Shown piece after piece: positions 39,575 to 49,995 of a stretch of DNA of 64,000 nt. The stretch is taken from assembly GCA_001917535.1 (NCBI GenBank), contig MNEF01000029.1, positions 13,815 through 77,814 of the forward strand, given 5' to 3'. The position numbers and the translations under genes were made by a program. Under the pieces are notes generated by a model. The model worked only from the letters and a program-made list of their open reading frames with translations. It ran no database searches and was not told the DNA's origin. Position 1 is the stretch's first letter. Every line of letters starts with the position of its first letter. The stretch is from Candidatus Rokubacteria bacterium 13_1_40CM_69_27 (GTDB lineage: Bacteria > Methylomirabilota > Methylomirabilia > Rokubacteriales > CSP1-6).

Positions 39575-41634
39575 TCATACGCCGGCCGTGGGAGCGAGCG
39601 CGACCTCGACGAGGTTCGAGTGGAAGGCAGGACCGCCCCCCAGGTCCGTGACTCGGTCGCTCGTCAGCACGTTGACGGCGTGGCCACCCGGGTGAAAACG
39701 GTGCCACCAGATGCCTTCGATCACGACCACGCCCGGCCGCGTGGCATCGCTGACGTGCGCCGTGAAGCGCGACGATCCTCGATCGTTGACGACACGCACG
39801 GGATCCCCCTGCCCGATCCCGCGCCGCGCCGCGCCGCGTCTTCGGGGGCGATCAACACCATGGGCGTCTTCTGCCGGCTGCGCAGCAGCGCAGACTGGCT
39901 GAACGACGAGTTCAGGAAGAACCGGTTCGGCGGCACGATGCACTGGAGCGGGTATGACCTGGCTCGCTCGACGTCGTCGGGACCCTCGACCAGCGGGACG
40001 TAGGTGGGCAGGGGCGGATGGCCCTGCGCCGCCAGGCGCTCGGAGTAGAACTCGATCTTGCCCGAGGGCGTCGGCGCGCTCTCAGCGAACAGCATGTACG
40101 GGCGCGGCAGGTTGAGGCGGACGGAGTGCTCCTCGCGCAGCCGCTCGTACGTGATCCCGTGCACCGATTGACCGCCGGCCGCGAGCAGCTCGCGAATGAG
40201 CTGCTCGGCCGGCTTCGCGTAGTGATCCTCGGCCACCCCCAGGGCCCGCGCCAGGAGCCCGAAGACCTCCCAATTGGACTTCGCCTCGCCCGGTGGCGAG
40301 AGCACGGGTTGCGCCAGCTGCAGGTGGTAATGGCCGTACGACCGGTAGAGGTCCTCGTGCTCGAGGGACATCGTCGCCGGGAGCACGAGGTCGGCGTAGC
40401 GGGCCGTGTCGGTCATGACCTGCTCGTGGACGACCGTGAAGAGGTCCTCGCGCCCGAGCCCTCGGAGCACGAGCGCCTGGTTGGGGCACACCGCCGCCGG
40501 GTTGGAGTTGTAGACGTAGAGCGACCTGACCGGCGGCGAGAGCGCGGGATCGGTGAGCACGCGGCCCAGGTGGATCATGTTGATCACTCGCGGCGCGGCC
40601 GGCGGCGTCAGATCGGGCCGGGTCAGCACCGAGTAGTCGAACTCGAAGCCGTCACTCGAGGACAGCAACGCGCCGCCGTGGGGATCGGCGTAGGCGCCGG
40701 TGAGCGCGGGCAGGCAGGCGATCGCCCGGCAGGTCATCCCGCCGTTGGTGTGGCGGCTCAGCCCGATGCCCACGCGAATGAACGAGCGAGGGCTCGCCCC
40801 GTAGAGCCGCGCGAAGGCAACGATCGTCGCCGCCGGCAGGCCCACGATGTCGGCCACGCGCTCCGGCGGGTATGCTTTCACGTGCTCGGCCAGCCGCTCG
40901 TAGCCGGCGGTCGCCCGCGCGATATAGCTCCGATCGACACGGCCCTCGCTGATCAGGACGTGCATGACGCCCAGGACCAGTGCCGTGTCGGTCCCGGGGT
41001 GGACCATCAGGTGCTCGTCCGCCTGCTCGGCGGTGGGCGTGCGATACGGATCGATCGCGACGACCCAGGCCCCGCGCTGGCGGGCCTGCTTGACCAGCGT
41101 CATCACGTTGATCGTCGAGTAGGCGGCGCTCAGGCCCCAGAGCACGACGAGATCGGCGCCGACCATCTGCTCGGAGTCGTTGCCGTCGACGGCGCCCACC
41201 GTGGCCCGCCAGCCCGCGTAGGCGGTCGAGACGCAGATGGTGCGATCGAGCTGGCTGGCCCCCAGCGCGTGGAAGAGCGGATGGCCGGCGTAGTACTGCA
41301 CCTGGCCCATCGTGCCCGCGTAGGAGAACGGCAGGATCGCCTCGGCGCCATCGGTGGCGATGATGGCCCGCCAGCGCGCGGCGATCTCGGTGATGGCCGC
41401 GTCCCACGAGATCTGCTCGAGCGTGCCCTCGCCCTTGGGGCCGACACGCCGCAACGGATGGAGCACGCGCAGCGGCGAATGGACGCGCTCGGCGTAGGCC
41501 CGCACCTTGCCGCAGATCACGCCCTGGGTGAACGGGCGGTCGGGGTTCCCGGTGACCTCGGTCAGCCGCCCGTCCTCTACGGTGACGACCAGCGAGCACG
41601 CCGAAGGGCAGTCGTGAGGGCACACCGAGAACAT
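39575..41634 (-). pseudogene. Molybdopterin oxidoreductase family protein, frameshifted near the C-terminus
   Basis: CPHDCPSAC, ICGKV, SLYVYNSNPA, TDTARYADLVLPA; the C-terminal dinucleotide-binding domain continues in another frame after (CCGCG)4 at 39819-39838. Confidence 0.8.
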
Positions 41635-41661
41635 CACGGATAACGTATCATTGCGCCCGGG

Positions 41662-42912
41662 ATGCTCGACCGCCTCCGACGGCTGCACCCCTTCCAGACT
41701 CCCGACGCTCGACGCCTCGCCCTCCTGTTCGCCATCGTCTACTTCGCCCAGGGCATGTGGTACGTGCCCAACCAGACGATCACCATCGTCCTCAAGGACC
41801 GCGGGTTCTCCGCCGGCGACGTGGCAGTGTTCTTCTCGATCACAACCATCCCCTGGCTGATCAAGCCTGTCTATGGACTCATCTCGGACTTCGTGCCGCT
41901 CTGGGGCCGGCGGCGGAAGAGTTATCTGCTGCTCACCTCTGCGCTGGCGGCGGGCGCCGGCGCCATCCTGGCGCTGGTCGCGGATCATTCCTACGGGCGG
42001 CTGGCGATCTTCTTCACGATCATGGGGCTAGGTCTGGCGTTCACGGACGTGCTGGTCGACGCGCTCATGGTCGAGAACGGGCGGCCGCGTGGCCTCACGG
42101 GCGCCTTCCAGTCGGTCCAGTGGGCCGCGATCTACACCGCGTCGGTCTTGGTCGGGCTCCTCGGCGGTCATCTCGCCGAAAAGCGCGACCTCCACACCGG
42201 CTTCGCTATCGCCGCCTGCTTCCCGCTGATCTCGTTCCTCATGACGGCCCTGGCCATCACCGAGGGCCCGGTACCGGCCGACCGCGAGGCCTTCCGCAAG
42301 ACGCTGACGGCGATCCGCGGAGCCCTGCGGGAGCGGGACGTGTGGGTGGTGGCCGGCTTCATCTTCTTCTGGACCTTCAGCCCCTCGTTCGGGCCCGCGC
42401 TCATCTACTATCAGACGGACGTCCTGAAGTTCAGCCAGCACTTCATCGGCTTGCTCGGCTCCCTGGCCGCCATCGCCGCCGTCGTGGGCGCGTTCGTCTA
42501 TGCGCCGCTCTCGCGCCGGGTGCCGCTCAGGACCCTGATCAACCTGGCGATCGGGATCGGCGTCGCGGGCACACTGGCCTACCTCGGCTACCGGGACTGG
42601 ATCTCCGCCCTCGTCATCGACATCGCCTTCGGCTGCATCGGCATGATCACGCAGCTCGCCTTCCTCGACCTGGCGGCCAAGAGCTGCCCCCGTCGTGTGG
42701 AAGCGACGTTCTTCGCCCTGCTGATGTCGGTGTTCAACGGCGGCGTGCAAGGCTCGCAGATCGTGGGCGGCTACCTGTACGACTGGCTCGGTTACACGCC
42801 GCTCATCTTCATCTCGACCGGGATGACGGCGCTGGCGTGGTTCCTCGTCCCGCTGGTGAAGATCGACCGGATCGACGCCAAGGCCCGGGCCGAGGCCGCC
42901 ACGTCCGTCTGA
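41662..42912 (+). CDS. MFS transporter (BT1/folate-biopterin-like)
   Basis: PWLIKPVYGLISDFVPLWGRRRKSY, DVLVDALMV, EATFFALLMS. Confidence 0.85.
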   Translation: MLDRLRRLHPFQTPDARRLALLFAIVYFAQGMWYVPNQTITIVLKDRGFSAGDVAVFFSITTIPWLIKPVYGLISDFVPLWGRRRKSYLLLTSALAAGAGAILALVADHSYGRLAIFFTIMGLGLAFTDVLVDALMVENGRPRGLTGAFQSVQWAAIYTASVLVGLLGGHLAEKRDLHTGFAIAACFPLISFLMTALAITEGPVPADREAFRKTLTAIRGALRERDVWVVAGFIFFWTFSPSFGPALIYYQTDVLKFSQHFIGLLGSLAAIAAVVGAFVYAPLSRRVPLRTLINLAIGIGVAGTLAYLGYRDWISALVIDIAFGCIGMITQLAFLDLAAKSCPRRVEATFFALLMSVFNGGVQGSQIVGGYLYDWLGYTPLIFISTGMTALAWFLVPLVKIDRIDAKARAEAATSV

Positions 42913-42925
42913 GGCGCGCCCGCAA

Positions 42926-43228
42926 TCAGTCGGTCAGCGAGCGGTAGATCTCAACCTCGACGGCTCTGGCCACCAGTCCCTTACGCTGCTCTTGAAAGGC
43001 GGCCAGGTGTGGCGCCGTGCGATGGAACTCGAACGCCGCCGCCGAGCGGTACTGCTCGTAGAAGAGGAAGACGACCGGCTCTTTGGCCGACCGGTGCGGC
43101 CGGTACACGATGCAGTCGGGCTCGGCCTTGCGGACCGCCTCCGCCTGCTTGATCAGGATCGCCTCCAGCTGGTCCTCGCACCCCGGCTTCGGGTAGATCC
43201 TCGCCACCACGGTCAACACGTCAGGCAT
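42926..43228 (-). CDS. Putative quinol monooxygenase (ABM domain)
   Basis: EPDCIVY, FLFYEQY, FEFHRTAPH. Confidence 0.85.
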   Translation of the reverse strand: MPDVLTVVARIYPKPGCEDQLEAILIKQAEAVRKAEPDCIVYRPHRSAKEPVVFLFYEQYRSAAAFEFHRTAPHLAAFQEQRKGLVARAVEVEIYRSLTD

Positions 43229-43620
43229 CGGGCTCGTCCTCCTCGGGGCCGCGCGTGGTGGCGGCCCAGGCGCGCCGCAGCCAGCGCAGCGCCAGGTCCA
43301 TCTGGGCGGGGTCGTCGATGATCAGCTCCACCCAGCCGCGGCGGGCGAAGCGGCGGTGCGGGCGGACGCGGCGATCGCGGAGTGCGCGCGCCTGGTCCTC
43401 GGCGGTCAGGCGGATCCACAGGTCCCGGTCCTTCTCGCGCACGGGAAAGCAGGCGAAGAGCCGCGGGCCCACGAAGTAGCCCCAGCGCCCGAACATGGGC
43501 GCGATCTTCACGCCCGTCCACCGCGCCAGGGCCTCGTTCAGGTGGTAGGCGGGCCCGGCCCCGCCCCGCGTGAGCGTACGCCGCGTCCGGCGCCCGCGGC
43601 CGAGACCGCGGAAGCGTCGG
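43221..43620 (-). CDS. Small TfoX/YjbR-like hypothetical protein, start uncertain
   Basis: PMFGRWGYFVGPRLFACF...GWVEL...ALRWLRRAW; stop overlaps the ABM start. Confidence 0.5.
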
Positions 43621-43621
43621 A

Positions 43622-43933
43622 CTATGGCCAGACCTGCATGTACGCGAAGCGCGCCCGCTCGCTCACCGCACCGAACGCGGCATCGTACTCGGCCTTGAGC
43701 TGCTTGAAGTGCGGCGACTCCATGAGCCGCCGGAACGTCGCTTCGTCCTGCAGCTCGTAGACGGCCATGTACTGGTACCGGTCCTCTCCCATGATGGCCT
43801 GGTAGCGCCGGGCGCTGACCGCGCCCTTGAACTGGAGAAACTGCGGAATATGCTCCTCGTTGTACCAGCGGTTGAACGCTTCCTCCCGATCCTTGGTGAT
43901 GGTGGCCTTCACCACGAACAGCACGGTGGCCAT
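43622..43933 (-). CDS. DUF4286/EthD-like dimeric alpha-beta barrel protein
   Basis: EEAFNRWYNEEHIP, ARRY, YMAVYEL; AGGAGG RBS. Confidence 0.75.
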   Translation of the reverse strand: MATVLFVVKATITKDREEAFNRWYNEEHIPQFLQFKGAVSARRYQAIMGEDRYQYMAVYELQDEATFRRLMESPHFKQLKAEYDAAFGAVSERARFAYMQVWP

Positions 43934-44046
43934 GGCGAACCTCCTGGGGACATTCCCTCGCCGCGCCCCCCGCGGCGCCCGCATTCTGCCATTGACAGGT
44001 CTTGGCCGCCATGCGAAAAGGTATCGGTTAAACCAAGGAGCGATTC

Positions 44047-45726
44047 ATGGCAGGTTCGGCAACGACGCGCGCGCGCTGGGCGCGGGTCGAGGGCGCGGCG
44101 GAACTGTTCACGCCGGCCTTCCTCGACTACCTCCTGAGCCTCCACGATCGGTTCGCGCCGCGCATCCGCGAGCTCCTGGCCCGACGGGCAGAAGCGCTCG
44201 ACCAGGCCCTTCGGCAGGGCCGTCCGCCCACCCATCCGCCGGCCAGCGTCGCCACCACGGGCCACTGGAAAGTTCCGCCCGTGCCGGACGACCTCAGGAA
44301 GCCCGGTATCGAGATCTCGGGGCCCTGCTCCATCACGCCCATGTTCATCAACGCGCTCAATCCCGGCCCGGAGGGCGAGCGCGCCGAGGGCGACCTGGAC
44401 GACGACGAGGATTCGGGCGGCCATCGCCTCATCGACACGGTCCGGGCGGCCCACAATCGGAGTGCCGCCATTCATCGCGAGCTGCACTACTTCGACCGGG
44501 AACGGAACAAGGAGTACAAGATCGTCGAGGGCGAGCTGCCCTTCTTCATGCACCGCGAGCGCGGCCTCCACCTCGAGGAGCCGGACGTGACGATCGACGG
44601 CGCGCCCGTGAACGCCGCCATCCTCGGCACCGCGCTGACGCTCTTCTATGCCGGCCGCGCGCAGGCCGAGCGGGGCCAGGGCATCTACTTCTACCTGCCG
44701 AAGCTCGAGTTCGCGCCCGAGGCGCACCTCTATCGCGATCTCTTCGACGCCAGCCGCGAGCGGCTGCCGTGGCTCGAGAGCGCGACCATCCGGGCGGTCG
44801 TCCTCGTCGAAGCGCTGCCGTGCGTGTACGAGATGGAGCAGATGCTGTACGAGCTGGGGCCCTACGCGGCGGGGCTCAACGCCGCCCGCTGGGATCTCAA
44901 GGCCAGTATCTTCGAGTACGTCATGACGAATCCCAAGTCGGTGTGGCCCGATCGCTTCGGCGTGGACATCAAGACCACGCCGTTCCTCGCCGACATCTTC
45001 CGACGCCTCGTTGCCATCTGCCTCAAGCGCGGCGCCGCGCCCATCGGCGGCATGGCCACCGCCCTGCCCAGTTCCGATCCGGAGGTCAACCGCGTCGCCG
45101 CCGAGGCCATCCGCGCCGACAAGGAGTGGGAGGCCCGCCAGGGCTTCATCCGCGCCTGGGTCGCGCACATCTTCCACATGAAGACCGCCGCCGACCCCTT
45201 CAAGAAGCTCATCGCGTCAGGCTGGAAGCCGACACCGGAGATGGCGAACCCCGACAACTACCCCGTGCGGATCGACGTCCCCCAGGGGCCGATCACCGTC
45301 GAGGGGACGCGCCGCAACTGCCGGATGCTCATCGAGTACGTGGAGGGCTGGCTCAACGGCCGCGGCGCCAAGAGCATCGACAGCCTCGCCGGCAGGCCCG
45401 GCGTCCACCCCGCGTTGATGGAAGACCTGGCCACCGGCCGCATGTCCGTGGCCCAGATCGCCCAGCGCATTCGTCACCGGGTGCCCCCGACCGAGGGCCC
45501 GGCCGACGTCCACGACGTCGCGCTGGTCAAGCGACTGCTCCAGGAGGAGGTCGAGGACATCCTGGCGCGCGCGAAGCCGGATGCGCCGGGCCAGGCGCGC
45601 TACCGCAAGGCGATGAAGATCGCCATGCGCTGGATCAAGAACTACGCGGAGCTGGACTTCCGCAGCCTCGGCTCTTACACGCGCGCCGACCTGGAGAGGA
45701 TCGCCGCCGGGCCGGAGGCGCTTTAG
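44047..45726 (+). CDS. Malate synthase (divergent MSA-like)
   Basis: RERGLHL, YFYLPKLE, GLNAARWD, PIGGMA, AWVAH, LMEDLAT. Confidence 0.8.
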   Translation: MAGSATTRARWARVEGAAELFTPAFLDYLLSLHDRFAPRIRELLARRAEALDQALRQGRPPTHPPASVATTGHWKVPPVPDDLRKPGIEISGPCSITPMFINALNPGPEGERAEGDLDDDEDSGGHRLIDTVRAAHNRSAAIHRELHYFDRERNKEYKIVEGELPFFMHRERGLHLEEPDVTIDGAPVNAAILGTALTLFYAGRAQAERGQGIYFYLPKLEFAPEAHLYRDLFDASRERLPWLESATIRAVVLVEALPCVYEMEQMLYELGPYAAGLNAARWDLKASIFEYVMTNPKSVWPDRFGVDIKTTPFLADIFRRLVAICLKRGAAPIGGMATALPSSDPEVNRVAAEAIRADKEWEARQGFIRAWVAHIFHMKTAADPFKKLIASGWKPTPEMANPDNYPVRIDVPQGPITVEGTRRNCRMLIEYVEGWLNGRGAKSIDSLAGRPGVHPALMEDLATGRMSVAQIAQRIRHRVPPTEGPADVHDVALVKRLLQEEVEDILARAKPDAPGQARYRKAMKIAMRWIKNYAELDFRSLGSYTRADLERIAAGPEAL

Positions 45727-45728
45727 CC

Positions 45729-45924
45729 TCGGAGGGGGGCTCCGCCCCCCTTCCGAAACCTCCCCCCAGGAATCGATTGCGCCGGCGAAGCCGGCGCTCG
45801 AATGCCGCGAGATCTTCCCGGTCCGCTACGGGCGCGTCGGAGTAAACACTGGTCGAGCGCGGGCTTCGCCCGCGCAATCTTTGCTAGGGGGAGGCTTCGG
45901 AGGGGGCCGTCGAGGCCCCTCCGA
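45729..45924. repeat. Two convergent copies (6 and 7) of the palindromic element
   Basis: 45729-45802 forward and 45853-45924 reverse, each with both hairpins. Confidence 0.85.
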
Positions 45925-45928
45925 TGAC

Positions 45929-46690
45929 CTAGGGGAAGCGGTAGCGGCTGATGTGCAGATGCACGCCGTGACTGGACACCGGCTCGATGGTCACCTCGCC
46001 CGTCCCCCGGAGGAACTTCACGCGGGCCCGGTCGCAGGCCTCGGTCAGAGCGGCGAACTCCTCGGCGACGAACGACAGCGCCACCATCCCCTCCGTCCCG
46101 CCCACCTCGTCGGCCGGCACGACCAGCAGCGCGCCCTGGCCCACGCCCAGCATGGTGCGGGGCCCGCCGTTCATCGCCACCTCCGACAGCGCGAAGAGCG
46201 TCTGGAAGATGTCGGCGGTGCGCTTCGGCTCGCTGGCTCCGATCACCAAGCGCTTGAGCTGGAGCGGCGATGGGCGCGCGTCCCCCGCGTCCTCGGCCGG
46301 CGTGGCCAGTTCCACCAGCACGCCGGCGCACGCCCGCGGGTGCAGGAAGGCGATGCGACCGGCCAGGCCCGGGCGCGGCGCCGTGTCGATCAGCTCGACG
46401 CCGCGGTGCTTGAGCCCGGCGAGCGCGGCCTCGACGTCGGGGGTGTCGAAGCAGAGGTGGTGGAGGCCCTCGCCGTGGCGCGCGAGATACCGCCCGACGC
46501 CGCTCGATCCATCGAGCGGCTCCAGCAGTTCGATCTCGCACTCGCCGGCGCCCAGCAGGGCCGCGCGCACGCCCTGATCCGGGAGGTCCGCCTTCCTGAG
46601 CAGCGGAAGCCCCAGCGTATCGCGATAGAACCTATAGGCCTCCGGGAGACGCTTCACCACGATTCCCACGTGATGAATCCGTCGCACCAC
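45929..46690 (-). CDS. Methylmalonyl-CoA epimerase-like VOC protein with a C-terminal extension
   Basis: IHHVGIVV, EIELLEP, GEGLHHLCF, AFLHPR, GVLVEL. Confidence 0.8.
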   Translation of the reverse strand: MVRRIHHVGIVVKRLPEAYRFYRDTLGLPLLRKADLPDQGVRAALLGAGECEIELLEPLDGSSGVGRYLARHGEGLHHLCFDTPDVEAALAGLKHRGVELIDTAPRPGLAGRIAFLHPRACAGVLVELATPAEDAGDARPSPLQLKRLVIGASEPKRTADIFQTLFALSEVAMNGGPRTMLGVGQGALLVVPADEVGGTEGMVALSFVAEEFAALTEACDRARVKFLRGTGEVTIEPVSSHGVHLHISRYRFP

Positions 46691-46925
46691 GTTCGGTCCC
46701 TCCTTTAGCGGATGAATGCCGTGACCCGGGGCGCGCGGCCGTCAAGGACACGGAGGCGGTGGTTGGGCAGCACCGGGGCCGGCCGGCGTCGCGGGCGAAG
46801 GAGCAAGCTCGAGGGTCGCGTCGCACGCCGTGAGCTGGCCGACGACGTCGGGGTCAATCGTGATCACCCGCACACCGTACCCGAGGGCCGGCGGCTCTGC
46901 AAGGTGCCGAGGCCCGCGCATCGGA

Positions 46926-48038
46926 TCAGGCCTGGGTGAACAGGCGCCCGAATTGCTTCCAGGGCATCGGCGACGTGGCGGCCACGGCCGCGTTTTCCTC
47001 CACGTGGGCGACCGATTTCATTCCGACCAGCGCCGTGCCGATCCCGGGCGTGGAGCGTACGAACTGGAGCGCGCGCTGCGCGTCCGTGGTGAAGCCTGGC
47101 AGGTACTGGGCCACGACCGGGGGCAGGTTCCGCGTGAGCTGGCCCTGGTACACCGACGCCGAGGCCATCACGTAGACGCCGAGACGGCGCGCGGCCTCCA
47201 CGGTCGTCACCGTCTGGGTCCCCACGCGCTGGTTGGCGCGGGTGAACGCTTCGGGCATGGCGAGGTTGTAAGGGAGTTGAATCACCTTGAAGTGATGGTC
47301 GGGGCCGCCGACGGCGCGGGCGGCGGTCACCAACTCCTCGAGCGACAGATAGTCCGGCGCGTCAGGTGGCTGGCGGTAGCCATTCCACGTCGCCGTGCCG
47401 TAGCAGCCGATCTTCCCTTCCCGGGCGGCCTGCTCGAGGGCCTGGAAGGCGTCGCGAATCCGGGTCAGGAACTCCTCGCGCTCGACCTCCTGGAGCTGGG
47501 TCTCCGGGTTATGCAGGTAATAGACGTCGACGGTCTCCAGGCCGAGGTTCGCGCAGCTGCGGCCGAGCTGATCCTGGAGGTACCGCGGCGTCATGCAGTG
47601 GGCACCGGCCACCACATCGTCGGGGCGAATGATGCCCGGCCGGAGATAGGTTTCGGTGAAGTACGTGCGCGGGTCGAGCGTGGACTCGGCGTCGAGCGGA
47701 ATGTAGCCGCCCTTGGTGGCCACGACCACCTCGTCACGCTGGAGGGTGCCACGGCCGACGAGGTCGCCGAGGGTGGCGCCGACGGCGCGCTCGCTCCGCT
47801 GGTGGCGGTAGTTCACCGCGGTGTCGATGACGTTGAAGCCGCGCTCCACCGCCCGCGTGATCGCGCGCCGGTAGAGGGCGTCGGTCGCGGCGTCCTCGGC
47901 TCCCAGATAGGTGCCGAGGCCGAGGCTCGAGGGCAGCCCCAGGGGCCCGAAGGGCCGAAAATGCTCGACGGGGACGCTCGGTGCACAGCGGGCGGCGTAC
48001 CGCTCGGTCCCGGCGTTCGTCGCGCGACCGGTCAGCAT
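46926..48038 (-). CDS. Aldo/keto reductase
   Basis: SLGLGTY, IDTAVNYR, VATKGG, YYLHNPE, IQLPYNL, ALVGM. Confidence 0.88.
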   Translation of the reverse strand: MLTGRATNAGTERYAARCAPSVPVEHFRPFGPLGLPSSLGLGTYLGAEDAATDALYRRAITRAVERGFNVIDTAVNYRHQRSERAVGATLGDLVGRGTLQRDEVVVATKGGYIPLDAESTLDPRTYFTETYLRPGIIRPDDVVAGAHCMTPRYLQDQLGRSCANLGLETVDVYYLHNPETQLQEVEREEFLTRIRDAFQALEQAAREGKIGCYGTATWNGYRQPPDAPDYLSLEELVTAARAVGGPDHHFKVIQLPYNLAMPEAFTRANQRVGTQTVTTVEAARRLGVYVMASASVYQGQLTRNLPPVVAQYLPGFTTDAQRALQFVRSTPGIGTALVGMKSVAHVEENAAVAATSPMPWKQFGRLFTQA

Positions 48039-48054
48039 GGCGCCATTATGCCCC

Positions 48055-49629
48055 TCAGCTCTCGCGATAGAACAGCAGGAGCAATCCAACGCCGACCAGG
48101 CAGGCGCGCCAGAGCCAGCCCGGTGTCTCGCCGGCCTCGGGCAGCCGGACCTCCAGCCAGCGCGCCCAGCCGGCGAAGGCTCCAAGGGTCCCCAGCGGCG
48201 CGTGCGCCACTTCAGTGAGGAACTCATCCTTCAGGCTGAACATCGCGTGGGAGTGCGTGAGGAGGAGCCCGCCGCCGACGGCGCAGAGGAGCGGAAAGAC
48301 GTAGCTCCAGGGCCGAGGACGCAGGCGCCCGGTGCGCACCATCCACTCGAAGACGCCGAAGGCGACGATCAGCAGCACGAACGCGCGGTGCTGCAGCACG
48401 TCCGGCAGTGTCATGCTTTCCCAGAAGCCCGTGGGGCCGAGCGGCCAGGCCCGGGGATCGTTGCGGATGAAAAGGAAGGTCGCCAACCCCAGCAGCGCGA
48501 GCGGCCAGTGGCGCCCCCCGCGCAGGCCGAGGCGCTCGAGCACCGCGAGCGACCCCATGGCCAGCACGAACAGTCCCGCCCAGTGGTGGTTGTACTCCGA
48601 CCACGCGCGCTCGATGGGCTTGCGCTCCCCCGGCGGCGCCATGAGCGGATCGGCAGTACGTAGCAGCTCGTCGATCGGGGGGCTGGCCAGGCGCGGCGGC
48701 GCGGGCGCGAACCGCGAGGCGACCTCGGCGACGGTCGCCCGGTCGGCCCGCACGTCCACCGCCGGCGGCAGCGAGGTGAGGGACGCCGCGGCGAAGAGGA
48801 CGGTGACGCCAAGCCCGAGCTCCACCTCCACGAAGCGCGCCAGGCGCGCGGTCGACGCCGCGGCGGCCCGACGCACCAGACGGAAGTTGGCGTAGGCGAG
48901 CACCAGGGCGGCCCCGAGCAGCACGACCTTGCTGAGGATCATCACCCCGTACGCGGTGCCCACCAGAGCCGCGAGATCGCCCACGTACATCACCGTCAGC
49001 GTGGCCCCCGTCGCCGTGAGCGCGGCCACGGCGCCGAGCGCCATCGACGAAAAGCGGCGCGCCACCACGCCGTCGCGAGGGTCCGCCTCGTCCCGGCCCC
49101 GCACCGCGTGGAGCGTGAGGTGGGCGAGACCACCCACCCAGACCGCGACGGCGAGCTGGTGGGCGGCGTCGATTGCGAAGAGGAGCGCGCGATCGCTCAC
49201 GCGGGCGACGGCGTGGCTCAGCGCCGCCGACGAGACGACGAGGGACAGGCCTAGCGCCGCCAGCGCCGCCCAGGCCCGCCGCCCCGCGGCGCGGTGCGCC
49301 AGTCTCGCCGCCACCAGGCCCAGTACCACGCCGAGGACGATGCGCCCCAGCGCGATGCGCGCGAAGGTCGTTTCTAAGTAGAGCCCCAGCTGGAGCCCGC
49401 CGGTCCTGGCGGCGAGATCCCCGAGGAGCAGCAGCACGATCGCGCCCTGCACGGCCGCTGCGAGCCACGCCGCGATCGAGACCACGCGGAGCGAGGCGAA
49501 CGTGGCGGCGTCGGGCTTCGCGTAAGGCTCCGCCCGGAGGACCAGGCGAAGCCAGGCGATGCCGCCGACGGCCACGCTGACGCACGTCAGCAGCAACCCC
49601 CGCAGGAGCACGTCCAGGAAGCCCGCCAT
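48055..49629 (-). CDS. copD: CopD-family copper resistance membrane protein with C-terminal extension
   Basis: SHAVAR, AHQLAVAVWVGGL, RRFS, TAYG...LSKV, WSEYNHHWAG; next to copC. Confidence 0.8.
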   Translation of the reverse strand: MAGFLDVLLRGLLLTCVSVAVGGIAWLRLVLRAEPYAKPDAATFASLRVVSIAAWLAAAVQGAIVLLLLGDLAARTGGLQLGLYLETTFARIALGRIVLGVVLGLVAARLAHRAAGRRAWAALAALGLSLVVSSAALSHAVARVSDRALLFAIDAAHQLAVAVWVGGLAHLTLHAVRGRDEADPRDGVVARRFSSMALGAVAALTATGATLTVMYVGDLAALVGTAYGVMILSKVVLLGAALVLAYANFRLVRRAAAASTARLARFVEVELGLGVTVLFAAASLTSLPPAVDVRADRATVAEVASRFAPAPPRLASPPIDELLRTADPLMAPPGERKPIERAWSEYNHHWAGLFVLAMGSLAVLERLGLRGGRHWPLALLGLATFLFIRNDPRAWPLGPTGFWESMTLPDVLQHRAFVLLIVAFGVFEWMVRTGRLRPRPWSYVFPLLCAVGGGLLLTHSHAMFSLKDEFLTEVAHAPLGTLGAFAGWARWLEVRLPEAGETPGWLWRACLVGVGLLLLFYRES

Positions 49630-49638
49630 CGTGATGCG

Positions 49639-49995
49639 CTACGGCCTGATCCGGAAGGGGAAGGCGCCGCTCACCAGATGGCCATCGGTAGAGAGCACGG
49701 ACCACTCCAGGCGGTACGCTCCCGGCCCCAGGGTCGGCGCCTCCGCCTCCAGCTGCTCGGAGGGCCCGTCGGGCAGCGTCGCCAGCACGCGCGCCTCACC
49801 ACGCGGGTCGACGAGGCGGATACGCGAGAGGCGCTTCTCGATCCGGTTGTTGAACCTGAGGCTGACGCGGGCCGGCGGCGCGACCACGGCGCCGGCAGCG
49901 GGCGACGAATCGAGCAGGAGCGAGTGAGCGGAGGCGGCCGCCCCCAGGCTCAGGAGCAGGGCGCCGGCGATGAGGGTAAGCCAGCGGGACGTCAA
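49639..49995 (-). CDS. copC: CopC periplasmic copper-binding protein
   Basis: Signal peptide ASA then HSLLLDSSP; WSVLSTDGH; TTG start overlaps the upstream stop. Confidence 0.85.
   Translation of the reverse strand: MTSRWLTLIAGALLLSLGAAASAHSLLLDSSPAAGAVVAPPARVSLRFNNRIEKRLSRIRLVDPRGEARVLATLPDGPSEQLEAEAPTLGPGAYRLEWSVLSTDGHLVSGAFPFRIRP

Noticed and set aside
46742..46921. 59-codon minus-strand ORF between the AKR and VOC genes
   Set aside because: No recognisable motif and Pro-rich; cannot be supported as a gene
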